A DNA stretch of 50,659 bases, taken from NCBI GenBank assembly GCA_002256025.1, contig NKIB01013830.1, forward strand, positions 1 to 50,659, read 5' to 3'. Below the pieces are notes generated by a model. That model ran no database searches. It saw nothing but the letters and a program-made list of their open reading frames with translations, and had not been told where the DNA came from. How positions within the stretch are numbered: the stretch's first letter is position 1; each line of letters begins with the position of its first letter. The stretch comes from Asterionella formosa (lineage: Eukaryota). Both the position numbers and the translations under genes were made by a program. Shown here one piece after another: positions 1-11,927 of the stretch.

Positions 1-56
1 TATAGAATTACGTGAACAAAAATTTAAGGCAATGTGAACTGAATTACAGAATTAAT

Positions 57-127
57 TGAAGTATTTCAAATAATTATGTGAAGTATTTCAAATAATTATG
101 TGAAGTATTTCAAATAATTATGTGAAG
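57..127. repeat. 22-bp tandem repeat (TGAAGTATTTCAAATAATTATG) x3.2
   Basis: Exact copies at 57-78, 79-100 and 101-122 plus a partial copy. Bases 117-140 also form an imperfect inverted repeat with 284-308. Confidence 0.9.
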
Positions 128-2605
128 GTGATCACGTAATATAGTGATGATCAAGAATGCATGCATGATACTCTGATCAAATAATTAACGTGATGTATTC
201 AGATAATATATAGATATATTCAAGTAAGCATTTTGATGTATTCAACTAATTCATGTGATCCATTCAAAATCAACTAGGCTTATTTACGTGATGGTCACTT
301 CACATAATACGCGGCTTAGATGTGGCATTTGCTCTTGAAAACCGTGATGCTATGCACAGCTTGTTGATTCCGCCCTTCTCCATCATATTCACTCATTCTT
401 ATCGTGCTGTATTGTCACTTCAGTTTTTCGCATATCCTTCATTTCAGGAGCAAAGTGTATGCATGACAAGGTACATGAAAACATGATTTCAAATGTTTCA
501 GCCGTGAATACATATATATATATAAAGATTTGTAAGAAGTTTAAATGTATATATAGTTGAACATTTGCATAGTTTTAAACACGCTCGGCTCATTATACGT
601 CACATCCTGTGTATAATAATAATAATAATATCAATTTTGATTACACATAATTCAAATATATAAAGTGCATGATGAGTTCATAGTTTTCCATGACCTGTTG
701 AATTTTTTCATTTTGTTTTGTGTCAACTCTTGTACCTACAAGTCAGTGGCTGATTTAATTAAGCCCCTTAATAAACGGGAGTCATCACCAATTTTTATAA
801 TGGTCGAAATCATACATTTATGTATATAGACATATTGACCAAAATTCATGTGGCCTACCAGTAGTACTGTATACTTTGCTGGGAAGTATTTCTATCGTGG
901 AAATGCCACAATAGTGCAGCGGAAAACTGAATATGCTCATGTTTTTAGGATCATTTGATCATATTTTTAAGATCAATTGATCCTGATTCTTGAAAATTAA
1001 TGTTGATCTTTCACTTTCTCATCAACGACACCGTTTATCATATGATCAATATGTTATGATCAAAGTTATAGGATAAACGACTATAAATTCATTGATTAAA
1101 GATCATAGTTTATACCGGAGTAGTTGCTCATGCATGCAACCCCTTCCCCCCTGTATACAGTACGGAAGTGATAACCCCCAAGCTACCAAATGTTTATGTC
1201 TTGTAAGAAGTATTGCAGCATGCATGCATACATGACTCCTACTGGTATATACAATGCGGAAATGATGACCACCAGACTACCAATCCTATAGGTCCTGTAG
1301 AATTATCGCAACATGGCTGCATATCTAATGAAAGGGCGGGAGGAGTCATCCATGCTGCACCTGTATAGTATGAAATATGGAAATGGTCAAATATAGTCTA
1401 CACAAGGAGCAGGAGTGCATCATATATGCCCTGTTATTTTAATTCCTATGAAATCTCTTGATCTGTTCTGCGCTTTTTCGCCACAATTGTTTTCATTGGC
1501 TGTTTCACTGGACAGAATTTGAATTGATTGTGCTTTGAACAAAGCAATGATCAAATTTCACCCCATTGCAGAATGTTGAGTCTCACAACTAAGTATCAGC
1601 CAGTTGATCAAAATTGGACTGTCTTTTGTGCACCCTCGTTGTGTTTGTACTTGACTTGGCAAGTGTTAGCCAAGAGCAGCTATGGTATGCCACCATGTAT
1701 TGTCTATTCGAATGTTCGAATGCGTTCAGCTATGATAACTTTTGCTCTCCCCTCCCAAACACTATCTCACCACCCTAACAGATTTTTCTTTATCCTTTGG
1801 CTTCACAGGCCCAGGTTGCTCAATGCCTTCATCTGCAAGGAGTTCAGCCAATCAGGCCCAAGTTGGCATCAAGAAAACCTCAACCCCGACTTTCCTCACA
1901 TGCTCCACCCATTGACTTCTTCATTGATGAAGTCGAGGTAGCTATACTGACGACATCAGGTGGCGCAGGCTTGTGTATAGCTAGATTGATGATGCCGAAA
2001 GCATTGTTTCCTTTTCCTGTAGGTACCTATTTGTCAACATTTTTTGGGTCAATCTATTCTTGTTCCTGCAAGACCAGAAGCAATTATCCCTTTACTTCTC
2101 CTCCCAAGAACCTTTATTTCTCTTTCACAATTGTCCTGATGTTTGCAGAGCATTTTTAGTTCCCTTTTGATTTTTTCCCACTGGTTTTGATCCCTTTAGC
2201 ATTCAGGTCAAGAAACAAGCAACTCATTGAGATTTCTGGAGGTTTTGGTCAGTGGCACCATAAAGCAACAGTCAACAGATCATGGCAGCTGTTCTCCATT
2301 TTCTGTAGCAAGTGACATTCAAGAAGGGTCTGGGATCATTGGGGAGAAAAATTAGTAGAATTCTCTGTGATTGCCCCACCCGTTTGGCAGCCATTCTACC
2401 ATTGCTTCCTCGCACCAATCAATACTAGCTAGTATAGCTAATAAAAACCGTAATTAGATGAAATGTGACTTCCGGTTTCTAATATTTTACATTGTTCCAC
2501 TACTGAAACTTGAATCCATAAATGGTCATTCAACAAGGTTTTTTTGGCATTTTTGGGTCCATTGCACTTTTTGCATAAAAGTGTCCGAAAATGCATAATG
2601 AGTTA

Positions 2606-3518
2606 GTCAGGGGAACTCGGGATTACTTTTTTGACTAAATTTGTAGCAAATCAATAATAACTTTTATCAATGATAGAAAATTTTCCTAAATAAATTTTCA
2701 ATGACTCTTTTTACTTAGTATATTGAAAATCGAAAAATAAATATATATTTGTACTACTGGACATTTTGTCAAGAAATCGGATGCATAATGTATCAGATGT
2801 ACTTAGCTTTTCGACACGGAACACATCATACATACCATAAACCTCGTATATACTTTGTACATTTTGTATGTATAGCGTTAAATATAATACATGCTTGGTA
2901 CCAGATAACATCAGGCAGTACTTCCATGTGTGTTTGTACAGCTGCCTGTGGTATGGGGTCGATGAGACAGCAACTCCATCTTGACCATGACGAAATTATG
3001 GGATTGAATATCTTCACGAATATTGACAATGAACAATTCCTATTTTGCTTGTTTATGCAGACTAACATAGACGAGATCATCGTTCAATAACAAAATTTTT
3101 TGCACTAGTATTGACAACAAAAAGTTAAAATCGGCGCTGGAAGTTGTTTCTGGTCGTCATTTGCTCAGTTTTGAGGATATGACCAAAGTAGCAACAGTTT
3201 TGAGACCGCGATGATTAGCTTGATAAATTTGACTAGATAAGGTTTCCTATGTTTTGTAGAAATAGATGAGAAAATCTGAGCGACAGTAGTATTCTCGGAG
3301 AGGGAACAACATTTCAAGATGCAATAAATTTCTCTACGTCAGTTTTGTACTGACTTTCATGTACACACTGATTGTTGTGGTTCATATTTCTATGGAATCT
3401 TGATAAGCTCATTTGACAGCTTACTATAGACATACTTTCAGCTATTCAACAATAGACTGCTTGTTCTTTACGCGAATAAAAATTTCACATCGCGGAAATG
3501 ATCACGAACTCCCCTGAC
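2606..3518. mobile_element. Non-autonomous DNA transposon (MITE), ~913 bp
   Basis: Left end GTCAGGGGAACTCGGGATTAC and right end ATGATCACGAACTCCCCTGAC are imperfect inverted repeats. TA flanks both sides (2604-2605, 3519-3520). Interior is AT-rich with no credible ORF. Superfamily not determined. Confidence 0.7.
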
Positions 3519-3779
3519 TAATGGTTTATGCATTTTCCAACACTTTTATGCAAAAAATGTATTCTTTCGCAATTTTGCAGAATAGACTGGCTGGTGTTCA
3601 ATAGGTCAAAGTGTCTGGCTTTTCATGAACATCTACAAAGTAGTGCTTTTGTCGAGGTTTGTGTCTAAATCCAACTGCTGCCATCCATTGAAATATTCCA
3701 GATACATCAAACATGAATACGCTCCTGTCTTCAAAGGTAAGGAACTACGGTAGTAAGATTACAAAGAAAATCTTATCAG

Positions 3780-4451
3780 ACATGAAAATTATAAAACCAG
3801 AATCACAGTGTTACTATAAATAGACAGTCTCATGCTTCTTTGTGCATATTGCCTGCTATGCTGCGTTTCAATTGTAGATGTATTACGTTTTTGTTAGAGA
3901 GATGATGTTATGGAGAAGTAGACTGTGCTGTTCTATAATGGATGTTGTTTAGCTATAATTGAGGTTGTAACACTGATTGATGCTCTGGTGACAGACCGGA
4001 AATATTTGTCTTCTGTGATCAGCCATTTTGTTTTCATTGGATTTCTTTTCAAGCTCTTAACGGATTGCATAGTACAAACATACTGTGCAATGTAGATGAT
4101 GATTCATCAAAGACATATGATGACTTGAACAACAAATGAAGATTTTATCACAAACACTCATTCCTTTTCACAAGGCTGGTTTTTCGTTGTTGCAAGAATC
4201 AGAGTGAGGACTGGCAAGGATGATGAGCCAAACCACATTACTCTAACTAGTACATTATCCTACCAAGAAATTTATATAAAGGAACCTAAAGGAAACAATA
4301 CATATAATAATTAAATTTCCATAGTCAAAAGGGTTACTATTAAAATTATGAGGGCATTTATCAAAATTATTAGATGATATAACAAAAAATTATGATCAGA
4401 TGATCATAATCCCATGATGCATCATAGAAATATGATGGTTTTTATTTGCAG
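3780..4451. repeat. Dispersed repeat copy 1 (probable end of a decayed DNA transposon), terminating in TTTTTATTTGCAG
   Basis: Aligns by eye with ~17190-17850. Similarity is strongest over the last ~160 bp and stops abruptly after TTTTTATTTGCAG in both copies. Left boundary approximate. Confidence 0.75.
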
Positions 4452-5108
4452 GCAATGTTCTGGAATTGTTCTAGATAGGCTTGTGTTGTGGTTGTTCTCC
4501 CTTGGAAAAGCGTGTAAAACCTACTCTTAGATTCATATAACAAGTGCGGCAGATATTTCTGACTCTGGAGGTTGTATGTGATATCTTTAATTGCTCTGAG
4601 TAACATTAGTCCATCACCAGTGGTAGACATTTGCCCAAATGTGTCCATTGCCTCTACCCTTTGTTGCACAATGTCACACAAGGGAGTATAGAGTGCAAAT
4701 GTTCTCTTTGAGATAGGCTGTCCATTTGACATGCTCATCAACTTCTTTCTCCCAGATCCTATTTTCGGTCCGTGTTGCCCCCTTAGGCGGGTCTTTTGGC
4801 ATGTCAATGGCAACCATCTCAAGATTCTCTACCACCAGGCGAATGTCACCACCATACTTGTATGTTGTTCCAACATAGCCGGCAATCTCCTTGGTAGTCT
4901 TTGCAAACAAATCTGATTGTCTTGCATCAGAACAATCATATATGTTCCCTTTAAGGTCTTCGCATTTGCCCTCAAATTTTGTAGGGATGTGTCGATTTGT
5001 AGACTTTGAGAACTGATATGATCCTTTCTTCATTAGGTCCATGTTCTCCTTTTTCTCCTTTGTTACACCTTCCCCGGCTTCAACCTTGATTCCTTCATCC
5101 TTTTTCAT
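4452..5108 (-). pseudogene. Truncated, frameshifted gag of a Ty1/Copia (diatom CoDi-like) LTR retrotransposon
   Basis: ORFs 4674-5108 and 4442-4822 join across a small deletion near 4675 to give KFEGKCEDLKGNIYD...KTTKEIAGYVG...IWEKEVDEHVK...LYSLV/...DGLMLLRAIK...QSQKYL...YLEQFQN. I recognise this as the diatom Copia gag pattern. It is cut off at 4451 by the repeat above. Confidence 0.75.
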
Positions 5109-5140
5109 GATTCTATATCTCTGCTGTTCTATTTTAATTC

Positions 5141-5308
5141 TGTTGAAACCACTGTATCTACAACAGCACCTCTGTGCTGATCAAGCAACAGATCCAGTGT
5201 GTAAATAGAGACAGGGTGATCGAATTGTTTGTAAATTGGAGAATTAAAATAGAATGAGCCAATTTTCATGCTCATTAATCTACACCGATAGTCGTGAAAT
5301 TTCTGACA
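5141..5308 (-). mobile_element. Putative 5' LTR (168 bp) of the Copia element
   Basis: TG...CA bounded segment with imperfect terminal inverted repeats (TGTCAGAAA...TTTCAACA on the minus strand), ending 32 nt upstream of the gag ATG. The second LTR is absent, so the boundary cannot be confirmed. Confidence 0.55.
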
Positions 5309-5634
5309 TGGGTCTTGTTTTTATTCTTGGTACACTTTTCTTTTTCTTCTTTCTTGCTTAACTGTGACCCATTCGTCATCGTGACCTAATAATTTTGTCT
5401 TACCAGCTGTTTCTGTCTGACCATCAGACAACTTTGTCTCGCCATCTTTTAGTTCCAACAGCTAGCTGAGCAAAATTGAAGAACATTTCACACCTGCGCC
5501 TTCTATACAATACCTCTCAAGAATTCATTACCAGGCAGAACAGAATCTGCATTCATCATCAGTCCATCACAGTCATTTCTCCCAATTGGATTACTTCCCA
5601 TGGAATGAGCAACGCTTGAAACGATAGTGCTAAT

Positions 5635-6406
5635 ATGGCTAATCCTCCAGTGCAAACACCGGATCCCAATCAGTTGAGCTTTCGAGAAGCCCTCCTGATT
5701 GTTTTGTCGATTTGTGCTCTGCTTATAATCTTTGTATTCCTGCGATTTGCGTGCAACATCGCGATCGATCTGTTTATTTTGTGCAATCTGGATTCCGTGC
5801 GAGTGACCATGAGTCAATGGAAAGACTTCTTTTGTCCTTGTTTTAAGCGGCGCATGGTCAACCCATTATTCGAAATGCCAAGGGAAGGTCTGACAAATGG
5901 CACAGAGCACCCCCTTCACATCGACTCCCTATTATCCGGGCTATCTGGGCTCACCCCAGTCGATCGACAACGGGTATTAGAGTTCATGATGCCATTCAAG
6001 GTATGCATGTAACAATGGTTTTATTTGTATCTAGTTTCTCCTGCTTACCATTCCCCTTGCTGGAACTTAGATTGTCTCTGATGAGGACCTACGGCAATGG
6101 AAAGACCGGCTAGTAGAAACAGCCTCAATTCAATCTGGAGACAGAAGTTTGGATAGCAACTCCGTCAGCATTAATTCGAAACATGCTATTGTTTGTTCCA
6201 TTTGTATACAAGATTTAGAATTTGGAGATGAAGCAATCATCACCATGCCTTGCAAGCATTACTTTCACCGGATATGCATTATGGAGTGGGTGAATGGCAA
6301 TCATACCGAGTGCCCATATTGTCGAGCAGCGATGTTCACAAGAGCAGATGTGGACAATGCGCTCTCGGAGTTCCATGCGGTTGAATTGGAAGACTCTGTT
6401 CCGTAG
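5635..6406 (+). CDS. Transmembrane RING-H2 E3 ubiquitin ligase (ATL/RNF-like), ~233 aa; exons 5635-6000, 6071-6406
   Basis: N-terminal hydrophobic helix (ALLIVLSICALLIIFVFLRF). A GTATGC...TTAG 70-bp intron joins the two ORFs in frame. C3H2C3 RING motif CSIC...PCKHYFHRICIMEW...CPYCR. Confidence 0.85.
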
Positions 6407-7229
6407 ACAAGTGTAATTTGGATGTTGATTTTATTGGATTCAGGCGGGTGATAGATAATGTCTACTTCATAAACCACTATAAGTGACAGTATCAGAATCT
6501 TGCTTGCCAAAAAATATTATCAAAATTAGTCCCTCTCATAAGTAGATTTACCACTTACCCTGTACCACTTTCACTCCAGCACACCGCAAATCCCTTGAAT
6601 CAACAGCAGCATTCTTGGGTATAATCTATATGCATCTGTGTTGGTCCCTTTGGCTACCGAACACTTGCTGAATGTTCGGACCTGAGGAGATAGGGAAAAT
6701 GACAAACAATAAAGGACTCCGGAGTTGAGTACCGGTAGGCACACAAAAGACCACGACTGCAGGAGTCAGCAAATTTTAAGCACGGAGACAACAAGTACCG
6801 TTACCAATTCTATTGTTCATTTTGCTTATTTGCTCGTGTACTGAACAGCATACCAACACACCACAGTGTACCTCCCCGAGTTATGGATATACCTGGAAGT
6901 CCCATCGCTACCCTGGTATTCTTGTTGGAATGTCAAGAAGGTCGAATCGATCAATGCTTACCACTTCATCACTTATCACAGATTGTGCATACCGACAGAT
7001 TTTAATGAACGACAACAATTATGGAATTTCGTGCTTTTTACTACTACATTCTTCTAGCTCCAGACACAACATTTGAATACGAGTCTGACCAAATATACAT
7101 GTGTGAAACATGAAACCAAAGGATTCATGCTACATAAAGATGACCACCACAACAACTCGTCTCACCGCCATTAAGCAAATACAGCCCGTATACTACATGC
7201 AGCCTGGTTGACCCTATATTAGTGTACCG

Positions 7230-7727
7230 TCATAACTTGATTCCGGTACGGTGACGCTCCCGATTGTTCTTCACTCTTGTTCTCAAACTCTTAAGTTGCC
7301 CCATCTCTAGCTCATGTTGACTCATCCTATTTTTCCCGAAGTAGTTATCCTCGTCCCTTTCGTATGCTTTCGTAGCTAACAATCTCATGATTTGATTTGA
7401 AAATGACCTGTCGTGTTCCACCATACGTCGATCAACACTTGACCTCCAAAACGACCGCAAATGTGCGACCGACGCTGAAAATGTGAGCAATACAACAATC
7501 ATCCCAACACCCATGCGGGCTCGACGTGGGACAGAAGGCAATAATAAGATGTTGATATTTGAAAAGGCACTGCAAATAACTGATGTCCAGAGCAACGGAC
7601 GCATCCGGTCTAGGTCATCTTCTGGAATCGAGAAGTCTTGCTGATCCATTGCAGCAGACATATGTTTGGATGTCCAAGCTAAGGTCAGGGGTTTTGTAAG
7701 CAAAAGCAATAATAAATAAGCAAGCAA
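7230..7727 (-). CDS. Hypothetical membrane protein (start/first exon uncertain)
   Basis: 165-aa ORF with two hydrophobic segments. It begins at TTG; a possible upstream exon (~7778-7931) would splice in frame but only through a weak GTAGAT donor. No family recognised. Confidence 0.35.
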   Translation of the reverse strand: MLAYLLLLLLTKPLTLAWTSKHMSAAMDQQDFSIPEDDLDRMRPLLWTSVICSAFSNINILLLPSVPRRARMGVGMIVVLLTFSASVAHLRSFWRSSVDRRMVEHDRSFSNQIMRLLATKAYERDEDNYFGKNRMSQHELEMGQLKSLRTRVKNNRERHRTGIKL

Positions 7728-10215
7728 TTGGCAGGTAGTGTCAAGAACAGAATCATGAAATGTTGCGTTTCATCTACAAAAAATATTGGCTTCCATGCAT
7801 CGTTGTGAATGAAGCCTGTGGAATAGCCAACGAGAGAGCCTCGCTAACTGCTTTGGTGGTGGACCGGCTCGATGTATCCGTTCAAAGGGTACCAGATGCA
7901 AGGTGCCTATAGGTTGATGCTTCGTCCACATATGGGTTTATGTATTTACTTTCCTACACGTATATATCCCGATAGTATGCATGTTTAAGATTGTATGATC
8001 GTCACATCGTCACGCTAGTTCTGTAATAATGGAGTACCAGGTACCTGGAACCTGGTAGTTAGTCTTGACTCATCTTTCGTTACATGCACAACCTGATGCT
8101 GGGGGTGCCACCACCTCTAACAGCAATTACCACCCTAGCTATCGTCTTGCTTTTCGATGAGAACTGTGGGTGTCTAAGTAAATTTTTGTATCAATAAGTA
8201 ATTTTTATTTAGGGGCAATATGGGGCACAGTGGATTTTTCGGCAGTCAATTTTAGGTTTGAGCAGTAGGGACCATCGAGGAACGTCAGGAGTAGAATTTT
8301 CATGGGAAAAAGTTTGGACACATCAAAAATGCATGGACCACCGAATATACCGGTACCGATATATGCATGAAAAATAGTCACACAAGAATGATTATAACAA
8401 GCATCGAAAATTCGACACGATGTTGTTAAGCAACCAAAGTATGAAACGGAAATCGAAAGGTAAGACGTGAAAATGACAAGCAGGGAGTAGAATAAAAAGT
8501 GAAAAAGAAAATGGGTCAGCGGAAAAACCGTGTGAAAATTTGTCAACACATTTTCATTAACAATTGTCAACTCACACTTTCTTGTCCTTGCAACGACAAA
8601 AATTTCAGAAATGTTCAGATTGGGCCTGGAGGAGCAGAAACAGAAACCGATGCCTGAATGGATTTAGAGGCAGTGCTGTTTTCTGTATTGATTCGGACTT
8701 GTGGTTGCGGAGGTGTTGGAGGAGCAACAGCTTGATAGTGGAGGTTTGGTGCTGGCGATGCAGACTTCTGGTAGTAGTATCTGGCAGGAGGAGGAGCAGG
8801 ATGCGTCGAAAATTTACTGGCTGATGTGGGCGTTTGTGGATTGGAAAATTGAGGAGTACAGGTGTAAGTAGGTTGATAGGGAGCAATGGAGTGATATGTT
8901 TTTGGTGCTGGCGAGATATGTTGCCCACATTGTTTGCGACCTGAAGACTTTGCAATCTTTGTGCGAGTTTCGATAAAAGTGGCTTGCTAGCATTGGGAAA
9001 TAGAAAAAGAATAATGTTAGTGTGTGTTTATAATACCTCGTGAAAACAACAATCAAATGGCAACATATTTCACCTTATTGGACAAGCTGGTTTGACCAGT
9101 GGATACTGATTTGTTGCATCGTCAGGAAGTGGTGGAATAACATGACAATAACCTTCATCAACGTTCTTAAGAGGAAGAAATATGTTTCATAATTAGTATA
9201 CTCGACCATGGCGGGAACTCAAATATGACAACAACAATCAACAAGCACATACATGTCCTCTCTTCCTTGTTGAATACGAGTCAATGCAGAACACTGGTTC
9301 CATCATGTTCCGGCTGCTTTGCAGAGTTTGCGATAGCTCATTGAGATTGATGACTTTTCATTTGTCATGGTAGAAAATTTCTTATTTTTATTTGATGGGC
9401 AATTGCAGGATTGAGTACCGGTAATCCAAAAACTGTACATATATATGATGGGCAATTGGCTAGTTCGCATCCAACATACAAACTATTTAAATTAGGTTTT
9501 CAATGTTAACTGAAAGGGCAATGTAGTGGCGAAAAGCGCGCCGATAGATAGTTAGTGAATTGCCTAGGTAATACCCTAGCAACTCGGGAGGAGTTTGCCT
9601 ACTTGTATTCTTGTATACTTGGCTTGGTATGCCCTCGTGGGCGCCACTCGTTCAGTCAACCTACTCACACATCCCAAGCCTCAAACACAAGAATACTCGC
9701 AGGCAGTCTCCACCCTCAGTTGTGCATTACCTTCAGCATTACATTCTGCATACCATTGCATATGAATCGAAATTCCCTGGTCCCGCCTCAGTCATCCTGA
9801 ATTGCATTTATGTGGTCAGACATGCACAGCATGGGGAGTAACTTTTGGTACTCTTACTATGTCGAAAATTATACTTGTAGAATTTGGTAATACATGTAGC
9901 AAAAAAACAAAGTGTGACTGACTAGTTATGGTATTTGTGTTCAAGTATCCCGGATTAAGAATGACTCGCACAACATGAATATAGTATTTTGCAATGTTAT
10001 AACTAGCTGAATCCATGTATTTCAACCTCTTTCCTGCTGCTGCCATATAGTGTTGTACTTCAAATTAGATGCGACTAAAAGGGCAATTAATTTGACAGTA
10101 AAAACAATTCTAATTTATTCGCATTGTTTATAGCTAAATTAATTTCGTTTTGTCGCTGCAATCAAGAGACACGAATTTCTTTCATTTGTCAGCCAATCTT
10201 CGCCACATTTTAGTC

Positions 10216-10319
10216 TAAGGCTGAAACTTGCGGTGCACGAAATACGAAGATCGAATATTGCGAAGCTATCGCGGCAAAATCTTCGATCTTCGTATTCAGG
10301 AAATTTTATGGCCGCCTTA
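10216..10319. repeat. Short palindromic (hairpin) element
   Basis: 19-bp stem 10241-10259 / 10278-10296 (18/19 complementary) inside outer TAAGGC...GCCTTA inverted ends. It lies just upstream of the Harbinger accessory gene. Confidence 0.6.
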
Positions 10320-10570
10320 CTGTCCCAAAGATTAAATAGTATGTCAATCCATACGTCAAATGACCGATCTCGAGAATTGAAATTTATTTCCTACATGAAA
10401 ATTAGTAGTCTTGTCCGCAGGAATATTGTAGTAATTAATTATAATGAAAATTGTCAACACTCAATGCTTCATCATCATCGTTGCTGTTGTTGTTTTAAGG
10501 TGATCGGCCTTCACATCATCCTATCTCCTTTCTCCTCTGCTCCCACCACCAGCATCTCTCTATTATCACA

Positions 10571-11559
10571 ATGGCGACTGAAGGACCAACAGAATACTCA
10601 ACTGAGGAGGAGCATTCCTTTTGCGACCGTGTTCGATATTGGATAGGCGGCCCCATTCAAGTGCACATGCTTCGAAGTGAGCAGATTGCCATTATATTTG
10701 CTGCTGGTTGTGAACTTCAACACAGGTTTGGATCTAGGGAGGAGAAGAAATTTCGAGATATGGCTGAAGCGTATTTTAGAATTCTGGATGAAGACCTCGA
10801 GGATGATATGTGTGATACCGCCATAAAAACTCAACTGCGATATACATGGGGGTCCAAGGATAAGTCGAGCATGACTGGCGATACCTTATGGAGAAAGTGA
10901 CAGGAGAATAGAAACAAACTTCGCAACAGTATCATTTCTAGTTCAAACATCGCCCAGGATTTGCACAAACTTCCAAGTGGACAAGGTTTGAAGGATACAT
11001 ATTTCAAATTTGTCTGCAATATTTACAAGCAAAGTTTCCAAAAGAAGAATCCGATGTGTTAAATCATGATTGATGGAGTTGATCTACCTGGTCAATCAAC
11101 CAGCAGACTCGAAATCATGGTTGTTCCAAGCCCACCCAATCATTGGGAAAACAGGGATCCAACTTTGTGCTATTTGCGTACTTTAAAGATTTTTCGGAAG
11201 AATATTGGTTCCAGATGTGAAAGACAGTGATGTTGTAAATATAAGTCGACAAGAGATGCTGCTGGCAGATCGCGAAGAGAAGAGGAATAAGGAGCATGGA
11301 AGGAGCAAGCGAGCATGGAAGGAGCAACAAACAAAAGCATCATCATGATGAATATTCATCACCAAGCAAACAGAAAATCCCAACCATGATGGATATGTCG
11401 ATGCTCAATTTTCAAGCAGCACAAACTTGAAAAGGAAAAACTGATGAGATTGTTGCTCATCTTGATCTATATGAAAGATTCAAGCACATACTCCCTGAAG
11501 ACAGATATCATGCAGCTGTTTTGAATTGTTTCGATAATCTACCTTCCCTAAAAACTTAG
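10571..11559 (+). pseudogene. Decayed accessory (ORF2, putative DNA-binding) gene of a PIF/Harbinger transposon
   Basis: The ORF from 10571 reads through an in-frame TGA at 10898-10900 into further protein-like sequence, with later frameshifts, ending ...AHLDLYERFKHILPEDRYHAAVLNCFDNLPSLKT*. It is convergent with the transposase, a two-gene layout known for Harbingers. Confidence 0.5.
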
Positions 11560-11927
11560 GATGTTGAGAGTACAAGTGTTTTGACTGACAAAAGTGTTGT
11601 CAGTGCAACAAGTGTCTTTGGAAATGAGCGCACTCCAACAAATACTACCCCAATTCCCTCTTTTGTTCGTAATGATGAGCAAGATAAAGATCAAGGCCCA
11701 GCACTTGTTGGAGGCATTTGCACTGACTGCCAAGTCATGAACAGTGAACAAAAATTTTTTATGCTCCATTTGCTGTGATGGTTTTCGAAATCTACAGAAC
11801 ATTTGGTGTTGTGGTGCTTGCATTTCTATGCACAGCTCTGATGTTCAGGAACTAATTAGGCAACATAAATACTCATGAATATATTCTAAGCTATCTTGCT
11901 AAGAATATATATAGTTACATAATATTA

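Noticed and set aside
1528..2400. Protein-coding gene in overlapping ORFs
   Set aside because: No recognisable motifs and many stops on the opposite strand. At most a decayed repeat.
6559..6682. Minus-strand internal exon with good splice signals (CTCAG...GGTAAGT)
   Set aside because: All three frames contain stops and no partner exons could be assigned. It may be non-coding or chance.
8605..9056. Zinc-finger-like fragment (CKVFRSQTMWATYLASTK) and low-complexity ORFs
   Set aside because: Metal ligands are incomplete and the frames are broken. Probably a TE relic but not supportable.
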